In this document: positions 18,981 through 28,851 of the stretch, one piece after another | How the letters are laid out: each line of letters opens with the position of its first letter | Position numbering within the stretch: position 1 is the first letter of the stretch | From: an uncultured delta proteobacterium | GTDB taxonomy: Bacteria; Myxococcota_A; Polyangia; Fen-1088 | Direction of reading: 5' to 3' | DNA length: 64,000 bases | NCBI GenBank assembly: GCA_963824555.1 | Contig: CAWGPW010000025.1 | Coordinates: forward strand, 30,469 to 94,468 | Made by a program: the position numbers and the translations under genes | Notes under the pieces: generated by a model | Database searches by the model: none | Told to the model about the DNA's origin: nothing | The model's input: the letters and a program-made list of their open reading frames with translations, nothing else

Positions 18981-19922
18981 TCAAAGAATTCCCAAGGAAA
19001 ATCCCAGCGCGACACGCACCTCCCAGCCCGGTAGCGGGGCAAAGAGATTCGGACTTGCCGGCCCTTGCCGGCTGAGAACGCTACGGCCCTGCGGCCACGA
19101 GATGGTGTCCAGCCGTGCCCACATTTCGTTGCGTTTCCACGGCCGCGCCAGGGTAAGTCCAGCATCCACGCCCCACATGACCGAGGTGTCGCTCTGGTTC
19201 GTTTGGTAGTCGGTGCCATGGACCAGCAGGACCCCCAAGGCAGGTCCGACTTGCGCACGCAGCAGCCAGCGCTTGCGATAGAGCTCGAAGGTCGCCGAGA
19301 GGACGAAGGTCGGCCGCCGAATGTGGGCCGTACCCTGTCCGACCTTCATCTGCCGGGACGAGGTCACGGATGCCTCCAGCAGCCAGCCCACGTTCTCGAT
19401 CAGGCGCGGCATCCCGAGCAGCGCGAAGAGTCCCGCGCTGGCGCCGAGTCCGTCGCCCAGGCCGAAAACACCGGCGCCTAGAAACGTGCGCGTGCTGATG
19501 GAAAGCCGCTGCCTTTCCGCTTCGTCCAGCGAATCCGCATCCCCGGCGCTATTCGACTCGTAGCGAATCTCGCGCGGCGGAATGCCGGGCGCGCTGACCG
19601 TTCCGACCGGCATGGCGTCGAGCCACGCGGCGATGATGAACGCCGCCATCTCGGCACGCGACTCGCAATTGCCGGTCACCAAGACCGTGCGCTGACGGCT
19701 CTCCTCGCCCGGCGTGGAAACCTCGATGCGCATGGAATCGCCCTCGCTACGCACGCGCGCCGAAGCGCTCTCCGGGCCGCCCGCCACCAGAAGGCCGAGC
19801 AGCTTCAGGCTGACGGCATCCGAGGAAGGACAATCGGAGTTGCTGGAGATACGTGCGGCGGCAACCGATTGCGAAGGGATCGCCAGGACCGTCCCGGTCA
19901 ACGCGAGGAGAGCGGCCTTCAT
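18981..19922 (-). CDS. Secreted hypothetical protein with beta-strand-rich (probable OM barrel) C-terminus
   Basis: Signal peptide MKAALLALTGTVLAIPSQSVAAA; alternating amphipathic strands ending EVRVALGFSLGIL; ATG overlaps the upstream TGA (ATGA). Confidence 0.75.
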   Translation of the reverse strand: MKAALLALTGTVLAIPSQSVAAARISSNSDCPSSDAVSLKLLGLLVAGGPESASARVRSEGDSMRIEVSTPGEESRQRTVLVTGNCESRAEMAAFIIAAWLDAMPVGTVSAPGIPPREIRYESNSAGDADSLDEAERQRLSISTRTFLGAGVFGLGDGLGASAGLFALLGMPRLIENVGWLLEASVTSSRQMKVGQGTAHIRRPTFVLSATFELYRKRWLLRAQVGPALGVLLVHGTDYQTNQSDTSVMWGVDAGLTLARPWKRNEMWARLDTISWPQGRSVLSRQGPASPNLFAPLPGWEVRVALGFSLGIL

Positions 19923-21229
19923 TTCTTGGGAAAGAATTTCGCGGCCTCGACTGCGAAGCGACCATTGGGGAAGTTGTCCAGGTAGCGCTCGATGTCGGCC
20001 ATGCCTGCCTCGCGCTCGCCGCACCTGAGTCGGGCCACCCCACGCCCCCACAGCGCGCGTTCGTACCAGGCGGGCGAACCCGAGACGCGCGTCAGGGCGC
20101 GGTCGAAGTCGGAGCTGGCATCGAGCCAACGACGGGCCGCCGCGCGCAGCTCGCCGCGAACCACGAAGCGCTCGCCACTGCGCGGCAGCTCGTCGAGAGC
20201 CATGGTGTCCAATCTGGTCAGAGCCTCGCGGTCGCGATGGAGCGCGAGCAGGGCCTCGACTTCGAGAGCGTTGCGCTCACCCGCGAGGCCGCTACGCGGA
20301 AAGGCCCTGGCGTGTTCCCGCAAGACCGACAGAGCCGCGGCGGGATTGTTCTCCGTGCGCAGCTCGCGCATGGCCTGACCAAAGAGGGCCAGGTCGCTGA
20401 GCTGTGGAGGAGTGACGGAAACGGCCGCGGGCTTGGCGACCACGAGCGGAGGAATCACCGGGGAGGGCAACACGGCTTGCGTAGCGGGAGCCGCGAAAAA
20501 CGCCACCGCGGAAGACGCGGCTGGGCTGGTCGGGGATGGTGGAAATAGCAGGGTTTGCGCAGGCGCTGGCTGCACGGGCGCCGCGATCACCGGCGCGGAC
20601 ACCGCCCGCGCGGGCGCGACATACGCCAAGAGCCTGGCTGACCGCCGCGGCGTCTTGACCGGCGTCTCCAAGGCGGCTCCCGCCGCGCGCTCCATCTTCA
20701 CAACCGTGGTCCCTTCCCGTGCCTCGGGCAGCACGGCCGATCCCACAGCGCTCGCCTCGCCGCCGGGGAACAGCCACGGATCCGGGATCTTCGGCAACGC
20801 GATCGCGCCGGTGACTGGCACATCCGGGAATACTTCGCCGGTGGTGGCCTCGGACACGACAGGCGTTCCGTCGCGAGCGGCTGGCCGCGCCCCACCCCGC
20901 CTGCGTTTGTACGTCTCTTGTTTGATTTGGGCAGGAACTGCGCTCGGCGGCTTTGCGCCCAGATCGGGAAGCAAGCCAAACCGCTCGGCCATCGCAAAGG
21001 CGGCCCCGCCGATCACCAGCATGCCGAAGGCGGCCAGCACTGGCACCAGGCGCACGCGAAAGGTCGAGAAGCGCGTTCGGAACAGGGTACGAACAATTCG
21101 CCCGCGCACCTGCTTCCTCTGCTCGGGGGAGAGACAGTCGATGGCACCGGCGGCATCCAGCAGAGGGGCGATCGCTCCAAGATGGCGTTCGCGGACGCCT
21201 TCGGAAGATGAATTCTTCGCGGCCCTCAT
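19919..21229 (-). CDS. Putative anti-sigma factor: TM helix, Pro/Ala linker, C-terminal TPR-like helices
   Basis: Coupled (ATGA) to the ECF sigma; TM LVPVLAAFGMLVIGGAAFAMA; helical repeats LREHARAFPRSGLAGER ... RYLDNFPNGRFA. Confidence 0.7.
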   Translation of the reverse strand: MRAAKNSSSEGVRERHLGAIAPLLDAAGAIDCLSPEQRKQVRGRIVRTLFRTRFSTFRVRLVPVLAAFGMLVIGGAAFAMAERFGLLPDLGAKPPSAVPAQIKQETYKRRRGGARPAARDGTPVVSEATTGEVFPDVPVTGAIALPKIPDPWLFPGGEASAVGSAVLPEAREGTTVVKMERAAGAALETPVKTPRRSARLLAYVAPARAVSAPVIAAPVQPAPAQTLLFPPSPTSPAASSAVAFFAAPATQAVLPSPVIPPLVVAKPAAVSVTPPQLSDLALFGQAMRELRTENNPAAALSVLREHARAFPRSGLAGERNALEVEALLALHRDREALTRLDTMALDELPRSGERFVVRGELRAAARRWLDASSDFDRALTRVSGSPAWYERALWGRGVARLRCGEREAGMADIERYLDNFPNGRFAVEAAKFFPKK

Positions 21230-21816
21230 ATGTCGGCTCTCCCCTGCCTGCCTGTCAGCCGTTCGAGAAGCATCGCTCGCCCCCGATGGACGCGCACCCA
21301 GACCGCATTCGCGGTCAGCCCCAAAAGGTGTCCGACTTCCTCGGCCCCGGCGTTTTCGATGTCGCACAGGATGACGGCCGTGCGGTACTTCTCAGGTAGG
21401 CAATCCAAGGCGGCGTACAGCTTGAGAACCCGCTGCCTCTGCTCGACCACCTCGAGCGGCGTGGGGCTGGGTGGAACGACCGCGATTTCGTGCGAGCGAT
21501 GGAGCACGTCCAGGCACTGTCTGAGCTTGCGGCGAAACCTTCGCTTTCGCACCACCAACTCGGTGATTCGGAACAGCCACGTCGAAACCTTGGCCTCGCC
21601 GCGAAACTCGCCGCGCCGGCGAAGCGCGACCACGAAGACGTCGTGGACCAGGTCCTCGACCTCGGCGCTGGGCCCGGCCAACCGCCTGACCCAGCGTTCG
21701 ACCATGGGCTCGTAGTTCTCGTAGAGGTGGTCGAAGAGCAGCTCCGGGTCGGACGCATCCGACTCGGCCTTGATGGCCGGATGCTCGCCGCTGTCTTGGA
21801 GTTGCCCTTTGGACAT
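21226..21816 (-). CDS. ECF sigma-70 factor
   Basis: VEDLVHDVFVVA, STWLFRIT, LDCLPEKYRTAVILCDIEN, EVGHLLGLTANAVWVRVHRGR. Confidence 0.93.
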   Translation of the reverse strand: MSKGQLQDSGEHPAIKAESDASDPELLFDHLYENYEPMVERWVRRLAGPSAEVEDLVHDVFVVALRRRGEFRGEAKVSTWLFRITELVVRKRRFRRKLRQCLDVLHRSHEIAVVPPSPTPLEVVEQRQRVLKLYAALDCLPEKYRTAVILCDIENAGAEEVGHLLGLTANAVWVRVHRGRAMLLERLTGRQGRADI

Positions 21817-22010
21817 ACCGTCTAGTCTCGTTCCTCGACCCACGCCGACCTTACGGACTATCTCCTTCCTTTCCTTCGCAAACAGCGCCTGCCAGCGTCA
21901 CGCGTCGATGCCCTCTAAACGCAGTCCGGCATGCTATCACCTTTGTCAGGCAATTTCACACCCGACGGCGCAAGAGCCAAGAGCGGGTAGCGCAGTCCGG
22001 CTGCCCCGGC

Positions 22011-23481
22011 TCAGCCCGCGCGGGCGAAGTCGAGGAAGCCGCGCTCGAAGTCCGTCGACACGAGAGTTGCGCGAATCTTGTCACCCACTTGCAATCCGCG
22101 CATCCCCTGCACCACCCGCCCCTCGGCCGGCGGAATCGAGGATACGCACCCAGGTGCCTTTTTCGGCCGCGCCGGTGATCAGACCATCGAAGGACTCGCC
22201 CACGCGCTTTTCGAGCAGGAGCACGGCCGCCGATTTGCGCACCTGTCGCTCGACCTTGGCGATGTTGCCTTTCTGGACCGTGCAACGTCCCGCGATCAGG
22301 GTCAATTCCTCGATGCCGTAAGGTGAGGGGTGATCGGCCAGCGATGCCTTGAGCAGGCGCTGGGTGACAAGATCGGCGAATCGCCGGTTGGGCGCGGTGG
22401 CATGGGTGTAGTCCATGACCGACAGACCAAAGTGGCCTGCCCGCGAATCGCCCGGACGCTCGGCCACGTACTCGCCTTGGCCCATCAGCTTGACGACGAC
22501 CAGGGACAGATCGGGAAAGCGCAGTGGATCGGCCGCCCGCCGCTTGGCCAGAAAGGCTTCGAGGGCGCGCGCCGAGGGTTGTCCCGGCAACGACTCGCCG
22601 AGTTTGGCAGCCAAATCGACGATCCGCGTCCACCGCTCGGGCGAGCGAACAACCCTGCGCAGCGAGGGCCGCCCCTTGGCTTCCAGAAAACGCGCCGCCA
22701 CGCCATTGCCGGCGATCATGAATTCCTCGATCAACTTCTTGGCGCGATTCGGTTTTTCTGCGCGCATGCCGACCACGGCATCGTCCTTGAACACGGGGCG
22801 CGCTTCCAGCGAAACAAAATCGAGCGCGCCTTTCTGGTGGCGCGATTCGCGTAGCCTTCCCGCGACCGCATCTTGAAGGCGAAGCTGGGCATCCATGCCC
22901 GCCACCGATGCCGCTGCCTCGGGCAACGGCCCATCCCCGTCCAACCACGCGGCAACCGTGTTGTAGGTCAGCTTGGAATGGTTGCGCACCACCGCCCGGC
23001 TGATCTCGCTCTCGGCCAGGCTGCCCTCGGCGCGCACGACGTATTCGATGACGAGGCTGAGGCGATCCTCGCCCTGGCCGAGTGACGTGAGATCCGTGGA
23101 CAGCCTTTCGGGCAGCATGGGATAGACGTGCCCGGCCACATAGACCGACCCCGTGTTGTGGGCCGCATGTCCATCGAGGGGCGTGCCCTTGTCCACCAAG
23201 GTGTCAACGTCCGCGATGGCGATGAAGACCCTGACCGAGCCATCACCCAAATCGAGGGCGGCCGAAAGCTGGTCCAGATCCTTGGACTCGTCATTGTCGA
23301 TCGAGCACCACGGCAGTCCTCGCAGGTCGCGAATGTCGATCCCGTCCTCCTCGGACGGCCCGCGAATACGGTCCAGCTGTTCGAGCGCGAAGGCATCGAA
23401 TTCGCCGAGAAGACCGCGTTCCCGCAGCGCCCGCTGCGCCACTCGCTGCAGATCGTCCCTGTGATGCGCGAACGAAGTCAT
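22011..23481 (-). CDS. RNB-domain exoribonuclease (RNase II family) with S1 tail; frameshift at ~22134
   Basis: SIDNDESKDLDQ, YPMLPERLS, YTHATAPNRRFADL. Removing one A at 22134-5 restores ILDPPAEGRVVQGMRGLQVGDKIRATLVSTDFERGFLDF, with stop at 22011. Confidence 0.88.
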
Positions 23482-23515
23482 CTCCAAGTCTCCCCCCACC
23501 GGCCGCAGCGCACGC

Positions 23516-24232
23516 CTACCGCTTCGCAGCCTGAACGGGTGGAGGCGCGGGGGCAGAGCCGGGCGGCGCAGCCGCGGCTTGCTGCTGAAGTTGCTGGTTG
23601 GCCGTGATTTCGATCTGCACGCGACGGTTCTGCGCACGTCCAGCCTCGGTGGTGTTGGGGGCCACCGGCTTGTCGTCGGCAAAGCCTCGCGCGGTCAATC
23701 GAGAGCGATCCACGCTCTGGGATTCCAAGAGCGCGATGACCGCGTTGGCGCGCGCCAGAGAGAGCTTCTTGTTGAACGCCTTCTTCCCCTTGTTATCGGT
23801 GTGCCCCTCGACCACGAGGTCGGTGTCCTTGTACTCCTTGAGAACCTTGGCGAAATTGGTGAGATCCGCCTTCGACGCCGGCTTGAGCTTGGATTTTCCG
23901 GTGTCGAAGAGAATGGCCGAGTTGAACTTCACCACCAGCTTGTCGCCCTGACGTTCGACGTTGGCGCCTTTGACGTCCTTGAGCGCCTTCTCTTGCTTGT
24001 CCATGTAGTTGCCGATGAGCGCGCCCGCGCCCGCCCCCGCGGCCGCGCCGACCGCACCGCCGATGAGTGCGCCCTTGCCGCCACCTGCCAGCGCACCAAT
24101 GCCGGCGCCCGCAAGTCCGCCCGCGCCCGCCCCCACCAGGGCCCCCGACTGAGCCTTCGTAGCGCAGGCCGTGGCGAGATACGCGATCGCTCCGATGGCA
24201 ACTCCGAGTCTTGCGAGCTTCCAAGAATTCAT
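23516..24232 (-). CDS. OmpA-family lipoprotein with glycine zipper
   Basis: LATAC lipobox, GALIGGAVGAAAG zipper, FDTGKS, VEGHTD, LSLARANAV, NRRVQI. Confidence 0.95.
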   Translation of the reverse strand: MNSWKLARLGVAIGAIAYLATACATKAQSGALVGAGAGGLAGAGIGALAGGGKGALIGGAVGAAAGAGAGALIGNYMDKQEKALKDVKGANVERQGDKLVVKFNSAILFDTGKSKLKPASKADLTNFAKVLKEYKDTDLVVEGHTDNKGKKAFNKKLSLARANAVIALLESQSVDRSRLTARGFADDKPVAPNTTEAGRAQNRRVQIEITANQQLQQQAAAAPPGSAPAPPPVQAAKR

Positions 24233-24518
24233 GGTGTGGGTCTCTGGTGGATGTTTCATGACCGCTGCATCTATTAACCCAAAGCCAAATCTTTGCAATC
24301 CATGTTGTGCCCTCGTCACGGCGTGAGCCGGCGGCACATGCGCGATGTGGCAAACCGGATTCCGTACTTTCTTGTGAAGAACCCTGCGAGGGCTCCTTCG
24401 AGCTCTTGTGGCGATGCAGGCGGGCTAACCCCGCCTGTACCCACGTGTATAGTTTGGGTACGCTCGTGCAGGATTTCGCCATTCTCTCTCAAGACCAGGG
24501 GCGCGAAGATTTCCTGGC

Positions 24519-24534
24519 CGGCACGGCGGATGCA
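24519..24534 (+). promoter_or_regulatory. Candidate sigma-54 promoter for the glycine-zipper lipoprotein gene
   Basis: cGGCACGGCGGATGCa has GG-N10-GC spacing with CACG, about 30 nt before ATG 24564. Confidence 0.4.
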
Positions 24535-24563
24535 ACGCCATGATAGAAACAAGAAGGTGTCGT

Positions 24564-24998
24564 ATGAAAGCCAACCTCTCCTTCGTCTCACTGATCTTGC
24601 TCGCCACGCTGGCGCCAGCCTGTGCCACGACGGATGGCGAAACCTGGGGCCAACCGCCGCCGCAGGGAAACTGGGTGCTCTACGGTCGCGTTGAGAACGT
24701 GCGCGAAACCCTGCGCCACCAAGAGGGCGATCCCGCGGCCGGCGCGGTGGCAGGAGCAGTCATCGGTGGCTTGCTAGGCACCGCCCTGGGCGGCAGGGGA
24801 TTCGGAACTTTCGTCGGCGCCAGCGAAGGCGCGATGATCGGAGCCAACTCCAGCCAGAGTGGCTACGTGGGCCGGACCTTGGAGGTCTTCGTTCGCTTCG
24901 ACGACGGAAGCCTGCGAACCTTCGTATACCAGGACTACCTTCCGTTCCGCCCCGGCGACTACGTGGTGTGGACGCCGCAAGGTCTGTCACGGCGTTGA
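24564..24998 (+). CDS. Glycine-zipper 2TM outer-membrane lipoprotein (SlyB-like)
   Basis: Signal with LAPAC, GAVAGAVIGGLLG zipper, EVFVRFDDG and FRPGDYV. Confidence 0.85.
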   Translation: MKANLSFVSLILLATLAPACATTDGETWGQPPPQGNWVLYGRVENVRETLRHQEGDPAAGAVAGAVIGGLLGTALGGRGFGTFVGASEGAMIGANSSQSGYVGRTLEVFVRFDDGSLRTFVYQDYLPFRPGDYVVWTPQGLSRR

Positions 24999-24999
24999 A

Positions 25000-25023
25000 A
25001 TGGGAACCCTGGGAGGGTTTCCC
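25000..25023 (+). repeat. Collapsed mini-copy of the TIR-bounded element (two ends 3 bp apart)
   Basis: ATGGGAACCCT-GGG-AGGGTTTCCC; gcgttgaaatgggaaccctg is repeated at 24992 and 25094. Confidence 0.55.
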
Positions 25024-25101
25024 TCCCGCGCACATCACCCGCTTCCCTACGTTGCGCCCAGGGCTCCGCCGGGCAAAGCCCGGCTTCGCCTACGCGTTGA
25101 A

Positions 25102-25300
25102 ATGGGAACCCTGACCTGAAACACCAGCGGAGCGAAGCGGGCGAGGGCGCGGCGAAGCCGCGGGGGCAGGTGTTGGGCGTGTAGGACCCGAAGTGCCCGT
25201 AGGGCGGAGAGGTCGCCGAGCGCAGCGAGGCGGGGCTGCCCGTTTCACGCCTGAAGGATCCGGGCCATCGGCCCGGCGGCGGTATTAGGAGGGTTCCCAT
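25102..25300 (+). mobile_element. MITE/REP-mosaic element, copy 1 (199 bp, 11-bp TIRs)
   Basis: Ends ATGGGAACCCT ... AGGGTTCCCAT; non-coding; closely similar to 62579-62781 and to the reverse complement of 55925-56047. Confidence 0.7.
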
Positions 25301-25339
25301 ACCCTCCCGGGCGGGACGCAATTCCCCGACACGTTCCAG

Positions 25340-26821
25340 TTAGGACTGCGTCGGATCGGGTGGGTCGCTGGCCAGAACGTGAATGCCCTCTTCCGCCGGC
25401 GCGAGCACCCGCGGCCTCTGCTCGATGCCGTCGATCTCGCCGACGGGCTTCTCGCTGGCCGCGCCGAGCTCTTCCAGCTTTCGGATGGCGGGGCGAACGC
25501 GCCCATCGAACGAAGCCACCGCCTTGTTGAAGTTTTCGGTCGCGCTCTTGATGGACGAACCAACCTTGGCCCAGTGATCGACCATGGTCGCCATGCGCGC
25601 GTGCAGTTCCTTGCCTTGCGCGCTGATGGCTTGGGCGTTTTCCGCCAACAGTTCTTGGCGCCAGCCGAAGTGCACGGCCTGCAGCAGCGCGATGAGCGTG
25701 GTGGGCGTCGCGATGAGCACCTTCTTGCCCACGCCCTCCTCGATGAGCGATGGCGATTCCTGCAAGGCCGCGCTGTACATGGCCTCGCTGGGCAGGAACA
25801 TGACCACGAACTCGGGCGTGGAATCGAGCTCGGACCAGTAGTGCTTGGCCGACAGCTTGAGCACGTGGGCGCGAATCTGCGCCGCGTGCCGACCCATGTG
25901 CGCCCGGCGCGCATCCTCGTCGCTGGCGTCGAGCGCGTCGAGATAGCCTTCGAGCGGCACCTTGGCATCGACCACCACGTTGCGCCCGCCCGGCAGTCTC
26001 ACAATCATGTCGGGCCGTAGGCGGCCGTCCTCGCCAGCGAGGGTTTCTTGCTGGAAGAAGTCGCAGTGTTCGACCATGCCGGCGAGCTCGACCACGCGCG
26101 CAAGCTGGATCTCGCCCCAGCGCCCGCGCACGGCCGGCGCGCGCAACGCCCGCACGAGGTTCCCGGTTTCCGACGAAAGCTTGCTGTGGGTCTCGGACAG
26201 GTTGCGGACAAGCTCGGTCAGGCGGCCATAGGCTTGGCCGCGCTCGCGTTCGAGCTCTTGGATCTTGCCGTCCACGCGGTCGAGGGATTCCTTGACCGGC
26301 TTGAGCAAACCGTCGATGGCGGACTCGCGCGCTGCCAACGAGTCGTCGGTCTCCTTGCGGGCCGCGGTCAGCTTCTGGGCAGCCAAGGTCAAAAAGCCTT
26401 CGTTGTTGGCAGCCAGGGCTTGCGCGGCCAGGGCACGGAAGGTGTCGCCCAGCTTCTCTTCGGCGTGGTCCAGCAGCGCCTTTTGCTCGTCGAGGTTCCG
26501 GCGCAGCTCGTCCACTTGGGTTTCGGCCACCACCCTCGCCTTCTGCGTGTCGCCCAGGTCTTGCTCCAACCGGTGGGCCCGATCTTCGGCCACCCCCAGC
26601 GAGCGTCGCAGCTCTTCCGCCGTGGCTTGCGCCGCCCGCGCCGCTCCGTCGGCCGCGCGCAGCTTGGGTTCGACCTCGCGCAACTGCGCCTCGAGCTCGC
26701 GCGGCCTGACCTCGCCGCGCGACCGCTCGCGCGCTGCCGCCCACAGCCAACCGACAGCCAACCCCAAAGCCAGCACAACCAGCGCGGTCAGCACAACGAG
26801 AACGGCTTCTCCTCCCGACAT
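25340..26821 (-). CDS. rmuC: DNA recombination protein RmuC
   Basis: N-terminal TM, coiled coil, RGRWGEIQL, RPDMIVRLPGGRNVVVDAKVP, FVVMFLPSEAMY, VLIATPTTLIALL. Confidence 0.95.
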   Translation of the reverse strand: MSGGEAVLVVLTALVVLALGLAVGWLWAAARERSRGEVRPRELEAQLREVEPKLRAADGAARAAQATAEELRRSLGVAEDRAHRLEQDLGDTQKARVVAETQVDELRRNLDEQKALLDHAEEKLGDTFRALAAQALAANNEGFLTLAAQKLTAARKETDDSLAARESAIDGLLKPVKESLDRVDGKIQELERERGQAYGRLTELVRNLSETHSKLSSETGNLVRALRAPAVRGRWGEIQLARVVELAGMVEHCDFFQQETLAGEDGRLRPDMIVRLPGGRNVVVDAKVPLEGYLDALDASDEDARRAHMGRHAAQIRAHVLKLSAKHYWSELDSTPEFVVMFLPSEAMYSAALQESPSLIEEGVGKKVLIATPTTLIALLQAVHFGWRQELLAENAQAISAQGKELHARMATMVDHWAKVGSSIKSATENFNKAVASFDGRVRPAIRKLEELGAASEKPVGEIDGIEQRPRVLAPAEEGIHVLASDPPDPTQS

Positions 26822-26878
26822 CGGGCCGATACTATCCGAATGTTCAGGTGCGCCGCAAGTGGGGACGCTTCCCCCGAA

Positions 26879-28729
26879 TCAGTACGTGAGCCCGAATCCG
26901 TACGGGAACAGCGGATCGTACTTGGCGTCGCCCTGGTTGATGGGGATCTGGCTCATCGAGCGCGGCCACGTGTGGGGCAGCTTGCCCGTCGGCTTGTAGT
27001 CCCCGAAGAGCACGTCCGCCACGCCCTCACCCTCGGTGCCGGGCAGCCACGCCACCACCAGGGCGTCGGTCAGGGGCAGCCAGTCCTCGATGATGAGGGG
27101 TCGACCGGTCAGAAGGACGGTCACCACCGGTTTGCCGGACTTGCGAGCGTCGGCGATAGCACCGCGATCGGCGGAAGAAAGGGTCAGGTCGTTGCTGTCT
27201 CCCGCGCCCTCGGCGTACGGGGTCTCGCCAACCACGACCACGACCACATCGGCTTGCCCTGCGCCGGACGCCAGCGCGTGCGAGGCAACCGCTCTTTCGA
27301 TGGCGCGCTGGATAGTCGTTCCCGGTGTCACGGGACCAAGCCGGCCTTGCCAGCCCACGGTCCAACCTCCACACTGGGCGCCCATATCGTTGGCCTTGGA
27401 CCCGGCCACATCCACTTTGGCGTTCTTGTTCAAGGGCAGCACGTTCTTGTCGTTCTTGAGCAGCACCACGCTCTGCCGAACGGCGTCGCGGGCCACGGCC
27501 CGATGCTCGGGCGAGCCGATTTGGGACGCGAGCCGCCGGTCCGCCATCGGGTGCTCCCACAGCCCCGCCGCCGCCTTCACGCGCAGGATGCGGCGAACGG
27601 CATCGTCGATGCGCGACATGGGGATACGGCCCGCGCTGACCAGCGACTTCACGGCGCGGATGAACTTGTTGTACCCGCCTGCCGCCATGGCCATGTCGAT
27701 GCCCGCGTTGATGGCGTTCTCGACGTTCTCCTTGTAGCTGGTGCTCATGTAGTCGATGCCTTCCCAGTCGGAAACTACGAAGCCCTGGAAGCCCAGCTCG
27801 CCCTTGAGAACGTCGGTAAGCAGGTATTTCTGCCCGTGTAGGTGCTCGCCGTTCCAACTGCTATACGAGGCCATGATGCTGCCCACGCCGGCCTTGACAG
27901 CCGCCGCATAGCCGGGAAGGTGAATCGCGCGCAGCTCTTGCTCGGAGATCTTGGCGTCGCCCCGATCCTCGCCCTTGTTGGTGGCGCCATCGGCGACGTA
28001 GTGCTTGGCGCAAGCGATGACCGATTCGGGTGCGCCCAGCTTCTCACCCTGCAAGCCCCGCACGACCGCGGGAGCGAACATGCTCGCCAACTCCGGGGTC
28101 TCGCCAAAGCCCTCGTAGGTTCGTCCCCAACGCTCGTCGCGCGGCACGGCGATACAAGGAGCGAAGGTCCACTTGACGCCCGTGGCGGACACTTCCTCGG
28201 CCGTGACCTTGCCTGCCTTCTCGGCGATTTCCGCGTTGCGGGTGGCGCCGAACCCGATGTTGTGCGGAAAGACCGTGGCGCCTCGCAATTCACCGTCGCC
28301 GTGCACGGCATCGAGGCCATACACCAGCGGAATCCCGAGGTGCGTTCCCAGCGCCTGCATCTGCAAACGATCGATGGTGTCGGCCCAAGCCTCGGCGGTG
28401 TTGGGCTTCACGAGGTCGTCGGCGCCGTTGAGCACCGAGCCCAAGAAGTACTCGCGCACCTCCGCCCCTTGCAAGGCCGCGCGGGAAGCCTGGGTCATCT
28501 GCCCGATCTTTTCCGCCAGGCTCATCTGACCCAGCAACGCTTCGATGTCGGGGGCGGAAACCCCGGCGGCGCGGACGTTCGCGGGAACCAGCGGCACGGT
28601 CGAAACCGGTCCCAGGTTCTTCGTGCCCACGCAGCCCGCGACGGCACTGACGGCACCGATGGCCAGAAGCATAGCCGGGGCGAGTCGGCGGTAGGTGGCT
28701 CGGAAGACGGATCTCGATGTGTTTGTCAT
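26879..28729 (-). CDS. GH3 beta-glucosidase/exo-glucanase, lipoprotein
   Basis: VAGC lipobox, EKIGQMTQ, DAVHG, RDERWGRTYEGFGE, CAKHYVADG, GFVVSDWEG (nucleophile D), WLPGTEG. Confidence 0.95.
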   Translation of the reverse strand: MTNTSRSVFRATYRRLAPAMLLAIGAVSAVAGCVGTKNLGPVSTVPLVPANVRAAGVSAPDIEALLGQMSLAEKIGQMTQASRAALQGAEVREYFLGSVLNGADDLVKPNTAEAWADTIDRLQMQALGTHLGIPLVYGLDAVHGDGELRGATVFPHNIGFGATRNAEIAEKAGKVTAEEVSATGVKWTFAPCIAVPRDERWGRTYEGFGETPELASMFAPAVVRGLQGEKLGAPESVIACAKHYVADGATNKGEDRGDAKISEQELRAIHLPGYAAAVKAGVGSIMASYSSWNGEHLHGQKYLLTDVLKGELGFQGFVVSDWEGIDYMSTSYKENVENAINAGIDMAMAAGGYNKFIRAVKSLVSAGRIPMSRIDDAVRRILRVKAAAGLWEHPMADRRLASQIGSPEHRAVARDAVRQSVVLLKNDKNVLPLNKNAKVDVAGSKANDMGAQCGGWTVGWQGRLGPVTPGTTIQRAIERAVASHALASGAGQADVVVVVVGETPYAEGAGDSNDLTLSSADRGAIADARKSGKPVVTVLLTGRPLIIEDWLPLTDALVVAWLPGTEGEGVADVLFGDYKPTGKLPHTWPRSMSQIPINQGDAKYDPLFPYGFGLTY

Positions 28730-28851
28730 GTTGTTGCCTGTACGAGCGCGAGATACTAAGGGAAACAGGCTTCGAGAGGAAGTTGGGAACAGGCAAGGCA
28801 AGATTCCAGGAGTTGTCGACGGGGCTTGCGCGCGCTAGGACTTCTACGCCT

